From an uncultured Acidobacteriota bacterium (lineage in GTDB: Bacteria > Acidobacteriota > JAQAZP01), in assembly GCA_963836075.1 (NCBI GenBank), contig CAWIIB010000009.1:2784001-2848000 (forward strand): DNA of 64,000 nt. The letters are read 5' to 3'. Position numbers and translations under genes: made by a program. Below the pieces are notes generated by a model that saw nothing but the letters and a program-made list of their open reading frames with translations, made no database searches and was not told where the DNA came from. Below are positions 21,138 through 31,726 of the stretch, in pieces (within the stretch, counting starts at the first letter, position 1; each line of letters opens with the position of its first letter).

Positions 21138-23489
21138 ATGACCAAATTCCTTCCGCTGCTTGTATTGTGCAGTGCCATGCTGGTCAACTCCGGCTGCCGA
21201 CAGGCCGACCCGGTGCCGATCAGCCTGATGGACCCGCTGGACCCGTCCGAACCCCTCGGCCCGTGGCGCCTGGCGATTCAGGTTCGCGGAACCCGCCCCT
21301 GGGCCGATGACGCGGAGGGCCTGGGAGTCACCTTGGACGGTGAGGTCATCCCTGCCCGGTCAATGGCCGAACTGCCCCCACGCCAGTTGAAAAAAGCGGC
21401 TCGCGTGCTGGGGAAGGGCGGCGAATTTATCCAGACCGCACCGGTTTCCTCGCTCAGAACGCCGGTGACGGTGGCTGGGGGGGAGCGGCTGCTGCTCGGT
21501 TTGAACTACGGTGCCCGGTGGATGGGAGATCCGCTGATCGAGGGGAGATTGCTCAGGGACGGGGAGATGGTGGCCTCCGGACAGGCCGCCGTCCACGGCC
21601 ACTGGTGCGAGGTGCAGCTCACCGTTCCGCCGGGTGGGGCGGAGACACTGGAAGTTCGCCACCACCTGGCTCCGGGAACGGCCATTGTGCTCCGCAACAC
21701 GGCCCTGGTGGCGGTGAACAGTGCGGCCACGGAAGCGGAGATCGTCCGGGCGATGTGTTTTTTACGTCTGGCTCGCGGTAGCCGGGCAACCCCGGCGACC
21801 CGGGTTCCGGAGAAACGGGTGATTCCCCTGGAACTGGCCGGCCGGACACTGGACATCCTGTTGCTGGGCAGCGGCGAGACCCGGGAAGTCGAAGTGCCGC
21901 CGGCCCTGGCCGGCCGGCGTCTTCTCTGCTGGTACACCGTCATGACTGCCCGGCCCGACGCTCCGGCCACACTGGCCATGGAAGCGGAATCAGGGGAGGG
22001 GTGGAGGTCCCTGGCGGTGCTGTCGGTCCGGGCTGAAGATATCAATACCTGGACCAAGGTGAGTCTGGAGAAAGGGGACGTTCCACCGGACTGCCGCCGC
22101 ATCCGGTTGACCGTTGCAGGCGGGGATGCCATTGTCGGCATGTCGGGGCCGGTGCTCCCGGCGGGCCGGCGGCCCAAAAACCGGAAGAACCTGCTGGTCA
22201 TCGACCTCGACACCCTGCGTGCCGACCGGATGGGAACATACGGCTACCAGCAGCGGCCCACCACCCGGCTTCTCGATGCCAAACTCCAGCAGCAGGGGTT
22301 CCACCTCTTCCAGCATGCTTACTCCCCGGCGGTCTCCACCCTGCCGGCCACCGCCAAGTTTCTTGCCGGCCGCTACCATGACATCCACCGCGGCCGGGCG
22401 GTCCCCCGCGGCTACACACTGCTCCAGGAGTGGTTGAGGCAGGCCGGCTATTATTGCGCCGCATTCACCGGCGGCGGGCAGCTGCGCGACCGGGGGTTCG
22501 AACAGGGCTTTCACGAATTCTACTGGAGCCGCGACGTGGGCAAGATCGAGGACTCCTTTCCCCAGGCCACGGCGTGGCTGGAGGAGAACCGGGACGAGCT
22601 CTTCTTTCTTTTCCTGCACACCTACGAGCCCCATGCGCCGTACACCAGGGGTGAGTTCTGCGCCGGCCTGCCCCGGGGCCGGCTGGGGGATCTCACCGCC
22701 GGAGAACTCCTGATCCCGAAGAACAGCAGGATCAAAACCCACACCCCGCTCAGCGAGCCGGAAATGCGGTACATGAACGCCGCCTACGACGGTGGGGTGA
22801 AAAAAGCCACCGACGAAGTGGCCCTGCTGCTGGACCAGCTGGACCGCCTGGGGCTGGCCGATTCCACGGTGGTGGTGATCCTCAGCGACCACGGGGAGGA
22901 GTTCTGGGACCACAACGGACTGTTCGCCCAGCATGGCCAGTCGCTCTACGGTGAGCTGCTCAACGTGCCGCTGATCATCTTCGACCCCCACCGTCCGGCG
23001 GCCGGCCTGCACCGCATCACCGAGGAGGCGAGCACCGTTGACCTGCTGCCCACGGTGTTCGACCTGCTGGGCCTGCCGTTCACCGCTGAAACGGACGGGG
23101 TCAGCCTGGCGCCGCTGATGGCGGGGGAGATCAACGGTGAGGCCTTCCACCGCGAGATCCCGGTGCTCGCCTCCCGGCTGGACAAGTCCTACTGCGTGAT
23201 CCGGAACGGCGTGAAGTATATCCGGGGTCTGGGCCCCCAGGCCTGGCTGGCTGACCAGAGGGACCTCCCCCCGTGGGAGGGCGAGCTTTTCCGGCTCACC
23301 GACGATCCCCGGGAACAGGACAACCTGGCGGAGCTCCAACCTGACTTGCAGCGGCAGATGACCGAACTGCTGCGCCGGGCGGCGGGTCAGGCCCTGGCGC
23401 CGCTGGACGAAGAGGCCGTGGACCACGGCCCGGTGAGCCCCGACCTGCAGCGCCAGCTGCGGGCGCTGGGGTATGTGGTAGGAAAGTGA
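21138..23489 (+). CDS. Exported (possibly lipid-anchored) protein with a C-terminal sulfatase-like domain
   Basis: Signal-like N-terminus ending VNSGC; NLLVIDLDTLRAD, STLPA, FLHTYEPH, SDHGEEF, HGQSLY, LRALGY. Confidence 0.82.
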   Translation: MTKFLPLLVLCSAMLVNSGCRQADPVPISLMDPLDPSEPLGPWRLAIQVRGTRPWADDAEGLGVTLDGEVIPARSMAELPPRQLKKAARVLGKGGEFIQTAPVSSLRTPVTVAGGERLLLGLNYGARWMGDPLIEGRLLRDGEMVASGQAAVHGHWCEVQLTVPPGGAETLEVRHHLAPGTAIVLRNTALVAVNSAATEAEIVRAMCFLRLARGSRATPATRVPEKRVIPLELAGRTLDILLLGSGETREVEVPPALAGRRLLCWYTVMTARPDAPATLAMEAESGEGWRSLAVLSVRAEDINTWTKVSLEKGDVPPDCRRIRLTVAGGDAIVGMSGPVLPAGRRPKNRKNLLVIDLDTLRADRMGTYGYQQRPTTRLLDAKLQQQGFHLFQHAYSPAVSTLPATAKFLAGRYHDIHRGRAVPRGYTLLQEWLRQAGYYCAAFTGGGQLRDRGFEQGFHEFYWSRDVGKIEDSFPQATAWLEENRDELFFLFLHTYEPHAPYTRGEFCAGLPRGRLGDLTAGELLIPKNSRIKTHTPLSEPEMRYMNAAYDGGVKKATDEVALLLDQLDRLGLADSTVVVILSDHGEEFWDHNGLFAQHGQSLYGELLNVPLIIFDPHRPAAGLHRITEEASTVDLLPTVFDLLGLPFTAETDGVSLAPLMAGEINGEAFHREIPVLASRLDKSYCVIRNGVKYIRGLGPQAWLADQRDLPPWEGELFRLTDDPREQDNLAELQPDLQRQMTELLRRAAGQALAPLDEEAVDHGPVSPDLQRQLRALGYVVGK

Positions 23490-23529
23490 CCGCGTTTTCA
23501 TGGATAATGGCTGCGGGAGGGGGAACAGC

Positions 23530-25683
23530 ATGTCCACATCCACTTTGACCCGATTCTTCACCGTGCCCGGTCTCATTTTTCTGCACTGCGCTGGATTCAC
23601 CGGGGCTCTCCGTGCCGCCACCATCCGTGTGCCCCAGGACCGGCCGTCGATCCAGGACGGCATCAACATGGCTGTGGACGGTGACACGGTGCTGGTGGCT
23701 GACGGTGTCTGGACCAGCGACGGAAACCGTGACATTGACTTCCTGGGCAAGGCAATCGTTCTCCGCTCCGCCAACGGCTACCAGAACTGCATCATCGACA
23801 TCCAGGGGGGGAGCCAGAACCATCGCGGTTTCTTCTTCCACAGCGGTGAGGGCCTCGATTCGGTCATCGAAGGGTTCACCATCCAACGGGGTTCATACTT
23901 CGGCGGAATGATCCCCGAAAAATACGGGGGGGCGGTCTGCTGTCTCGACTCGGGCTTCACCATGAGGGACTGTTACCTGCATAACAACCGTTCTCGTAAC
24001 GGTGGTGGCATCTACACCCACAGTTCCACGGTGGCCATTTCCAATACCGTGGTCTTCCACAATGATTCCGAATGGTATGGCGGCGGGATCCTGCTGGAGC
24101 ATTCGAACGGATTGATCGAGGGCTGTGAATTCATTGACAACGACTGCGGTACAATCTATGGGGGCAACGGATCCGCAATCTGGTCCAGCGGCAGTGTGCT
24201 GACGCTGGACCACTCCCTTTTCCACCACAACGAGGCGGACAGGAATCGGTATGCCGTGGCCCTGAGGGACGGTAGTACGGGGATTTCGTCCTGTACCTTT
24301 GCCGACAATGACACCGGGTATTACACCAGCGTTCTTTTTGTCCGGGGAGACGTCACCCTGACAAACTCTGTTTTCTGGGGCAACAGTGAAGACATCCAGG
24401 TCCATGAAGATGCCGAATTCATCGCCACCTGGTCCAACATTGACCCCGGTGACGGATCGGTGTGGCCCGGAGAGGGGAACATCAATGTCGACCCGCTCTT
24501 CATCCCCGGTCCTGAAGGGGACTACTGCCTGAGCCAGATTGCGGCCGGGCAGGCGGAGGACAGCCCCTGCATCGACGCAGGCGATCCGCAGGCAGAGCTG
24601 ATCCGGGGCAGCACCAGGACCGACCAGATCCCCGACCGGGGGGTGATCGACATGGGCTATCACTACCTGGCCGTGACCCAGCCCCTGGTCACCACCGGCG
24701 CCGGGCCCGACCCGGGGAACCCCCCGCTGATCAGGGTCTTCCCACCGGCGGAGGACGCGGAGCACGTGTTCACGTTCCTGGCCTACGGTGTGCCGGCCTA
24801 CGGGGTCAAGGTGGCCGGCGGCGACCCGGACGGCGACGGGGTGGATGAGATTCTCACCGGGGCCGGGCCCGGCGCGGTATTCGGCCCCCACGTACGGGGG
24901 TTCGAAGTGCAAGGGGACCCCATGCCCGGGCTCAGCTTCCTGGCCTACGGCACCAACAAGTACGGAGTGAACGTGGCCGCCGGTGACCTGGACGGCGACG
25001 GCCGGGACGAGATCCTCACCGGGGCCGGTCCCGGCGCGGTGTTTGGCCCCCACGTCCGCGGGTGGGTGTACGACGGCGAGGAAACGGTGGCGCCGCTGCC
25101 CGGCGTGAACTTCTTTGCCTACGGAACACCCAAGTGGGGGGTGAACGTGGCCGCCGGCGACATCGACGGCGACGGTTTTGACGAGATCGTCACCGGCCCC
25201 GGGCCGGGAACGGTTTACGGCCCCCACGTCCGAGGCTGGAGCGTGGATGGGGGGGAGGTTGCGTCCATCCCCGCCATCAGCTTCTTTGCTTTCGGCACCA
25301 ACAAATTCGGGGTAAACGTCACCACCGGCGACGTGGACGGCGACGGGATCGACGAGATCGTCACCGGCGCCGGCCCGGGGGCGGAGTTCGGCCCTCACGT
25401 GCGCGGCTGGAACTTCGACGGCGCCGCGGTCACCTCCCTGCCCGGGTACAGTTTCTTTGCCTGGGAGACCGCCCCCCTCCGCTTCGGGGTCAACGTCTGC
25501 GCCGGGACCGACCTGGACGGCGACGGCCGGGACGACCTGCTGGCCGGCCGGGGGCCCGATGCCGAGGCGAACACCGAGGTGAAGGCCTTCGTCTATGACG
25601 GCACGGCGGTGAGCCAGTGGTTCATGCTCAAGGCCTTCCCGGGCTACCGCTACGGGACCACGGTGGCCGCCGGACGGTTCTGA
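23530..25683 (+). CDS. Secreted protein: right-handed beta-helix domain plus C-terminal FG-GAP-like repeats
   Basis: SIQDGIN..GDTVLVADG, GGGI repeats, SPCIDAG; repeated GD(L/I/V)DGDG.DEI.TG.GPG..(F/Y)GPHVRG units. Confidence 0.8.
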   Translation: MSTSTLTRFFTVPGLIFLHCAGFTGALRAATIRVPQDRPSIQDGINMAVDGDTVLVADGVWTSDGNRDIDFLGKAIVLRSANGYQNCIIDIQGGSQNHRGFFFHSGEGLDSVIEGFTIQRGSYFGGMIPEKYGGAVCCLDSGFTMRDCYLHNNRSRNGGGIYTHSSTVAISNTVVFHNDSEWYGGGILLEHSNGLIEGCEFIDNDCGTIYGGNGSAIWSSGSVLTLDHSLFHHNEADRNRYAVALRDGSTGISSCTFADNDTGYYTSVLFVRGDVTLTNSVFWGNSEDIQVHEDAEFIATWSNIDPGDGSVWPGEGNINVDPLFIPGPEGDYCLSQIAAGQAEDSPCIDAGDPQAELIRGSTRTDQIPDRGVIDMGYHYLAVTQPLVTTGAGPDPGNPPLIRVFPPAEDAEHVFTFLAYGVPAYGVKVAGGDPDGDGVDEILTGAGPGAVFGPHVRGFEVQGDPMPGLSFLAYGTNKYGVNVAAGDLDGDGRDEILTGAGPGAVFGPHVRGWVYDGEETVAPLPGVNFFAYGTPKWGVNVAAGDIDGDGFDEIVTGPGPGTVYGPHVRGWSVDGGEVASIPAISFFAFGTNKFGVNVTTGDVDGDGIDEIVTGAGPGAEFGPHVRGWNFDGAAVTSLPGYSFFAWETAPLRFGVNVCAGTDLDGDGRDDLLAGRGPDAEANTEVKAFVYDGTAVSQWFMLKAFPGYRYGTTVAAGRF

Positions 25684-25704
25684 GTCCCCTCATCACCTCC
25701 CACA

Positions 25705-25733
25705 TTGCCGTAAAACAGTTTTCACGATAAGAT
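25705..25733 (+). promoter_or_regulatory. Candidate sigma70 promoter for the DUF3857 operon
   Basis: TTGCCG-17 bp-TAAGAT. Confidence 0.45.
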
Positions 25734-25803
25734 CATGCCAATTCTTGCTTCGCAAGCGTTGTTTCCTCTGAGACTCGCCAATCGTATGTCTGTGAGGTGA
25801 ACT

Positions 25804-27763
25804 ATGCGAATTGTCCTGATCTGTCTCTTCCTCGGTGTGGTCTGCATCCCCGGTTTCTGCGAATCCGACATCGACCAGTGGGAACAGTTCTCGCCGGCGG
25901 ATCTTGCCCTCACCGACAACCCCCGTGAACCGGGGGCCCGGGCGATGTATCTTTTCTGCCGGGCCCGGGCGGACGAGGAGCGGATGGTGGTGCACGGAGC
26001 GATCAAGATCTTCAACGATGCCGGCCGGGACCTGGCCAATTTTGAGCTGCCGGACCTGGTGACCGGGATCCGGGCCCGGACGGTCCGGCCCGACGGTTCG
26101 GCAGTGGAACTCTCCAGCGACCAGATCATGGAGAAGATCCTCGTCCGCAAGCGGGGGCTCAAGCTGGACATGAAGGTCTTTGCCCTGCCGGACGTTGAAG
26201 CCGGCTCCATTGTCGAGTACCATCTATGAAATGCCGCCCGAACTTTACTACCGGGTCTACTTTGCCTGGCCGCTGCAGCGGGAGATCTTCTGCCGTGAGT
26301 CGTGGATCGAGTTCGACGCGGGAATGCTCAAGCCGTACAACAGGTCGATCATCGACACCTACGGGCAGGCGAGCATCCGCACCACGAATCTCGGGGACCG
26401 GATTCGGTACGGGGGCAGCAACATCCCGGCGATCCTGGACGAGGACTTCCCTCCGCCGGAATCGGAGCTCTCGGCGTTCTACCTGATGTACGTGGGCTTC
26501 CCCTTTATCCGGGGGGCCGGAGGGCTGAACACCACCAGCCGGGGCGGCAAGGAGTTGTTCATCGAGCTCTTCTGGAAACAGTACGGCGAAGACTACGCCG
26601 AATACTATTTCGACTTCATGGACGGGGGCAAAAAACTGCGGCGCTTGGCTGAGACAGTTCTGGCCGAGGACAGCCGGCCGGTGGAGCCGGAGCAAAAGAT
26701 TTACGATTACGTGGCCAGGACGATCCGGAACGATTCCTTTGTCACCCGGTCCGAAGAGGACCGGATGAACGAAGTGAAGAAAAAAAGCAAGACCAGCAAA
26801 ACGGTGAACAACGTGGTGCAGAAGGGCAGCGGGTCTTCCGGAGAGATCACCCTGCTCTGCGTGGCGCTGATGCGCGCCGCCGGTCTGGACGCCTATCCGG
26901 TGGTCGCCTGCGGACGGGACGGCCACTTCTTCAGGCGGACGGTGCTGGCCAACCAGTTCGGGGAGTTCCTGCTGGCCATCGAGAGTCCCGAGGGCCGGGT
27001 CTTCCTCGATCCGGCCACCCCCTATTGTCCTTATGGCCGCGTCGCCTGGCAGAAGCAGGGCGCCGACGCCATCCTCTTCCATCCCGGGGGAGGGGATTTC
27101 ATCGAGACCGCGGAGCGCGAGGATGAGGTCAACCGGATCAGCCGCACCGTGGACGCCGCGTTTGAAGGCTCGATGCTCCGGGTCAGCCTGAAGATCGAGC
27201 TCGAAGGGAATCCGGACTTTATGCTGAAGAACGCGCTGGACGACGAATCGGATGAGGGCCTGCGGGACTATATCGAAGAAGTGCTGGCCGAGACTTTCGG
27301 CGAAGTGGAGCTGGAGGCCCACCAGATGCTCAACCTCCGGGAGCGCGGGCTGCCGCTGGCGATCACCGCCGAGTTCACGGTGCCGGAATACACCGCACAG
27401 ACCCGGACGCGGCTGATGTTCAAGCCGGTGCTCTTTGGCCGGGAGCAGACAGCGTACTTCACCAGCAAGACGCGAACGATGCCGATCTTTTTCGACTACC
27501 CGGTGGCTTACGAGGACCAGGTGACCTTCCACCTTCCCCAGGGCTACCAGGTGGACCAGCTCCCCGAGCCGGTGGAGTTCGGCACCAGTGTCGGGGCCTA
27601 CCAGCTGGCCCTGGAGCAGGAGCCCGGTCTGCTGGTCAGCCACCGCCTCTTCCACCGGAAGGGCACCCGGTTCCTGCCCCGGCACTACCCGGCGATCCGC
27701 AAGTTCTACGAAGTGGCCCGGACCGGCGACGACACCACCGCGGTGCTCAAGGCCGGGGAGTAG
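25804..27763 (+). CDS. DUF3857/transglutaminase-like/DUF3858 protein, paralog 1 (+1 frameshift at ~26221)
   Basis: ORFs 25804-26229 and 26180-27763 are colinear with 27767-29803; one extra C in GAG TAC (C) ATC TAT relative to the paralog's GAA TAC ATC TAC. Confidence 0.8.
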
Positions 27764-27766
27764 GAA

Positions 27767-29803
27767 ATGAGGGATCGCTCACAGGCGGTTGCCCCCGTAA
27801 AAACAGCCGCTACTATTGATTCGAGGTGCCCCGTGCGAGCCGTATTCATCTGGTTTTGTCTGTTCTGCCTGCTCGCCGTCCCCGGAATCTGCGGTGTTGA
27901 CATTGACGAGTGGGAGACGTTCGCTCCCGAGGACCTGGCTCTCACCGACAATCCCCACGAACAAGGGGCCCGGGCGATGTATCTCTTCCGCCGGGCCGAT
28001 GTGGGCCAGACCAGAATTGTGGTCCACGGTGCGATCAAGATATTCAATGAAGCGGGCCGTGACCTGGCCAATGTGGAGCTCCCGGAGGAGGTGACCGGGA
28101 TCAGGGCCCGGACGGTCCGGCCGGACGGGACCGCCGTGGAAATATCCAAAGATGACATCATGCGGAAGATCGTCACCCAGAAGCGGGGACGGCGGAATGA
28201 AGTGAAGGTCTTCGCCTTTCCCGATGTCGAACCCGGATCGATCCTGGAATACATCTACAAGACGCCGCCGATGGCCTATCTGCAGCTCGTCTTCGTCTGG
28301 ACCATGCAGAAAGACGTTTTTTGCCGGGAGTCCTGGGTCGATTTCGATGAAGACCTGCTGAAGATCTACAACCGTTTTATCATCGACACCTTCAACCAGG
28401 CGGACATCAAGGCTGAACACAACAGGGGACGGATCCGCTACAGCGGGGTCAACATCCCGGCCACGCCGGATGAGGACTACCCCCCGCCGGGTTCGGAAGG
28501 ATCCGCGTTCTTCTTCATGTATCTGGCCTTCCAGGATGTCAAGGGCAGCGGATCTCTGGACCTGGGCACCCGCGAGGGCAAGGACCGCTACGTGGAGATG
28601 TTCTGGGAGCAGTTCGGCAAAGAGACATCGGAGGAGTACTACGACTTCATCGGTGGCGGAAAAAAGGCCAGGCGCCTGGCCGAAACCATCCTCGCCGGGG
28701 ACGACCGTCCGGTGGAACCGGCGCAGAAGATCTACGATCACGTGATGGCCAATTACCGCAACAAGTCCTTTACCACCCGCTCCGAAGAGGAGCGGATCGC
28801 CGAGGAGGTGAAGGGGAAGAGGGACAAGAAAAACTACTCGGTACGCAACGTGATAAACAACGGCTACGGCTACAACGATGAGATCACCCTGTTCTGTGTG
28901 GCGCTGCTCCGCGGGGCGGGCCTCGAAGCTTTCCCGGTGATCGCCTGCGGACGGGACGACAACTTTTTCAGAAAGCCTGTCCTGCTCAACCAGTTCGACG
29001 AATACCTGCTGGCGCTGGACCTGCCCGAGGGCCGTGTCTACCTCGACCCCGCCACCCCGTACTGCCCGTACGGCCACGTCTCCTGGGAGAAACAGGGTGT
29101 CACCGCCATGCTGTTCCGTCCCCAGGGCGGCCACGAGTTCATCCAGGTGCCGCTGATGGACAGTTCATCCAACCGGATCAAGCGGACCATTGACGCCTCC
29201 TTCGACGGATCGACGCTGCACGGCAGGATGAAGATCCAGAGCGAGGGGAACCCGGACTTCAACCTGAAGAACTGGCTGGATGACGAGTCGGACGAGGAGC
29301 GGCGGGAACACGTGCAGAACCTGCTGGAGGATTCGTTCGACGGGGTTGAGCTGGAGGCCCACGACATACAAAACCTTCGGGATTACAAGAAACCGGTGGT
29401 GATCACCGCCGAGTTCACGGTGCCGGAATTCACCGTCAGGACCCGGACGCGGCTGATGTTCAAACCGGTGATGTTCGGCCGGGAGGAGTCGGCATACTTT
29501 TCCGCCGAGAAACGGAAACTGCCGATATTTTTCGACTATCCGCTGGAAGTCGAGGAGCAGGCCACCTTTCATCTGCCCGAGGGGTATCAGGTGGACCAGC
29601 TGCCGGCACCAGTCCAGTTCACCAACGACCTCGGCACCTACCGGCTTACCCTGGAGCAGGGGGACGGCACACTGGTCAGCCGCCGACAGTTCATGCGGAA
29701 GGGAGCTTACTTCCAGCCCGGGCACTACCCGGTGATCAGGGAGTTCTACGCCGCGGCCAGGACCGGTGATGACACCACGGCGGTGCTCAAGGTCGAGGAG
29801 TAA
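27767..29803 (+). CDS. DUF3857/transglutaminase-like protein, paralog 2
   Basis: IRARTVRPDG, FPDVEPGSILEY, YLDPATPYCPYG; GYGYNDE where paralog 3 has GDCKD. Confidence 0.8.
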   Translation: MRDRSQAVAPVKTAATIDSRCPVRAVFIWFCLFCLLAVPGICGVDIDEWETFAPEDLALTDNPHEQGARAMYLFRRADVGQTRIVVHGAIKIFNEAGRDLANVELPEEVTGIRARTVRPDGTAVEISKDDIMRKIVTQKRGRRNEVKVFAFPDVEPGSILEYIYKTPPMAYLQLVFVWTMQKDVFCRESWVDFDEDLLKIYNRFIIDTFNQADIKAEHNRGRIRYSGVNIPATPDEDYPPPGSEGSAFFFMYLAFQDVKGSGSLDLGTREGKDRYVEMFWEQFGKETSEEYYDFIGGGKKARRLAETILAGDDRPVEPAQKIYDHVMANYRNKSFTTRSEEERIAEEVKGKRDKKNYSVRNVINNGYGYNDEITLFCVALLRGAGLEAFPVIACGRDDNFFRKPVLLNQFDEYLLALDLPEGRVYLDPATPYCPYGHVSWEKQGVTAMLFRPQGGHEFIQVPLMDSSSNRIKRTIDASFDGSTLHGRMKIQSEGNPDFNLKNWLDDESDEERREHVQNLLEDSFDGVELEAHDIQNLRDYKKPVVITAEFTVPEFTVRTRTRLMFKPVMFGREESAYFSAEKRKLPIFFDYPLEVEEQATFHLPEGYQVDQLPAPVQFTNDLGTYRLTLEQGDGTLVSRRQFMRKGAYFQPGHYPVIREFYAAARTGDDTTAVLKVEE

Positions 29804-29806
29804 CCG

Positions 29807-31720
29807 ATGAAGAAACGTTTTCTGATCCTGCTGGCCTGCTTCGTTCTTTCCGGTGGTCTCGCCGGGGCCGGCAACAGGCTGCCGGACTGGGCCGAGCCGC
29901 TGGCGGGTATCGACTGTTCGCACCATGACACCCGGAAGGTGGACGCGGTCTGTTTGCTGGATCAGACGCGTCTGGAAATCGATCCCTCGGGGAAACTGAT
30001 ACACACCGGACGTATTGCCTACCGGATCCTCACCACCGACGGGGTTGCCTGGGGAACGATGGTCCTCCCGCACAACAGCCGGTCAAAGATCCAAGAGGTC
30101 CGGGCGTGGGTGCGCTACCCCGACGGTCAAACCAGGGGCATCAAGGAGAAGGATACGCTGGACACCCAGTATATCGATTCGACCTTCTATTCCGACCTTC
30201 GCAAGCGGATTATTCCGTTGCCCGATGTCACCAAGGGGTCGGCTGTCTTTTTCGAGTGGGTGGTGGAACGGCAGGAGGCGTTCATGATGGAGGGGTGGTC
30301 GTTCCAGTCCTCCATTCCCGTGCTCTCCTCACAGATCTCCTTCGACCTGCCCCCCGGGGTTGACCTGGACTGGCAGGTCTTGAACATGCCGGACGATTTT
30401 CAGCCGCAGGTGACCGGGAGGCATTACGTCTTTTCCCGGAGCGGTCTCCCGGCACTGCCGTACGAGGAGTGGGCCCCGGACGGCAACGACCTCGTGGAAC
30501 GGGTCGAGCTCCGTTTCCACAGCCTGGCCGGCGGCACCCCGGTTTTTGACAGTTGGGAGGCTGTGGCCCGGTGGTACTACGGTCTCACCCGGGAGAAGTG
30601 GAGCATCCCGCAGGAGGTCAAAAGCCTTGCCGCCGGGATTTGCGAGGGGGCGGAGGACGACGAGGAGAAGATCCGCCGGCTCTGCAACTGGGCGCAGTCA
30701 AAGATCCGCTACGTGGCCATCGCCATCGGCATCGGCGGGTATGTCCCCCACGATCCGGCCGAGGTCTGCCAGACCAAGTACGGCGACTGCAAGGACAAGT
30801 CGTTCGTACTGATGGGGCTGCTTCGTTCCCAGGGGATCGAGGCCTGGCCGGTGATCTGCCGCTCGGGCAGCCGGGGCAACATTCGCCAGAATTTTGCCTG
30901 GCCCGCCGCCTTTGACCACTGCATCGTGGCCTTCGGGATACCGGACGCCGGCATCCGTTTCTTCGATCCCACCAGCGAAACTGTGGGCTACCCCTGCCTG
31001 CCGCCGAACCTGGAAGGGGCGATGGGGCTGGTGGTGCGGAAAGGCGGTGGGGAACTGGTGCCGATGACCTCGGGGCTGGAGCCGGAGCTGGACGTCCGGG
31101 TGGATGCTGAGATCTGCCGCTCCGGCATTCTCAAGGCGCGGGTACGCGAGGTCTACAGCCTGGCGGCGCTGTGGGAGATCCGCAGCATCTACCGCACGCT
31201 CAGCGATGCGGACCGTGACCGGATGTGGGGGGAGTGGATTTCCCGCCGGATTCCCGACGCGACCATCGAGGAGCTGAACTGGACCAACCTCCACGAACCG
31301 GAAAAGGACCTGATCATCGAGTACACTCTCAAGGCCCCGGGCCTGGTCAAGCAGATGGGCGGGCTGACCATGCTCAATCCCTTCTTCATCCAGGATGTTC
31401 CCAAGCCGTCATTCACCGCGGCCGAGCGGTGTCTGCCCGTGGCACTGGAATCGCTGGCGGTCAGGGCCCGCCAGGAAGTTGGACTGAAACTCCCTCCGGG
31501 CCTGGTCCTGGAGGAGAGCATCGAGTCCTGCACCCTGAGCCATGACTTCGGGACGTTCACCACTTCCACCACCGAGGGGGAGGGGGTGCTGACCCTGCTC
31601 AAGGAATACACGGTGAACCACAGCACCGTGCCGGCCGCACGCTATGCCGAGGTGAAGGCATTTTTCGCTGCGGTGAACAATGTGGAACGGACCGAGATCC
31701 TCTTTGCCTCCAAACAGTGA
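29807..31720 (+). CDS. DUF3857/transglutaminase-like protein, paralog 3 (intact Cys-His-Asp)
   Basis: IRYVAI, YGDCKDKS, FDHCIV, FFDPT. Confidence 0.85.
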   Translation: MKKRFLILLACFVLSGGLAGAGNRLPDWAEPLAGIDCSHHDTRKVDAVCLLDQTRLEIDPSGKLIHTGRIAYRILTTDGVAWGTMVLPHNSRSKIQEVRAWVRYPDGQTRGIKEKDTLDTQYIDSTFYSDLRKRIIPLPDVTKGSAVFFEWVVERQEAFMMEGWSFQSSIPVLSSQISFDLPPGVDLDWQVLNMPDDFQPQVTGRHYVFSRSGLPALPYEEWAPDGNDLVERVELRFHSLAGGTPVFDSWEAVARWYYGLTREKWSIPQEVKSLAAGICEGAEDDEEKIRRLCNWAQSKIRYVAIAIGIGGYVPHDPAEVCQTKYGDCKDKSFVLMGLLRSQGIEAWPVICRSGSRGNIRQNFAWPAAFDHCIVAFGIPDAGIRFFDPTSETVGYPCLPPNLEGAMGLVVRKGGGELVPMTSGLEPELDVRVDAEICRSGILKARVREVYSLAALWEIRSIYRTLSDADRDRMWGEWISRRIPDATIEELNWTNLHEPEKDLIIEYTLKAPGLVKQMGGLTMLNPFFIQDVPKPSFTAAERCLPVALESLAVRARQEVGLKLPPGLVLEESIESCTLSHDFGTFTTSTTEGEGVLTLLKEYTVNHSTVPAARYAEVKAFFAAVNNVERTEILFASKQ

Positions 31721-31726
31721 CGGGGC

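Noticed and set aside
26221-26229. Selenocysteine or readthrough at the TGA ending ORF 25804-26229
   Set aside because: Homology continues in a different frame; a single extra base explains it.
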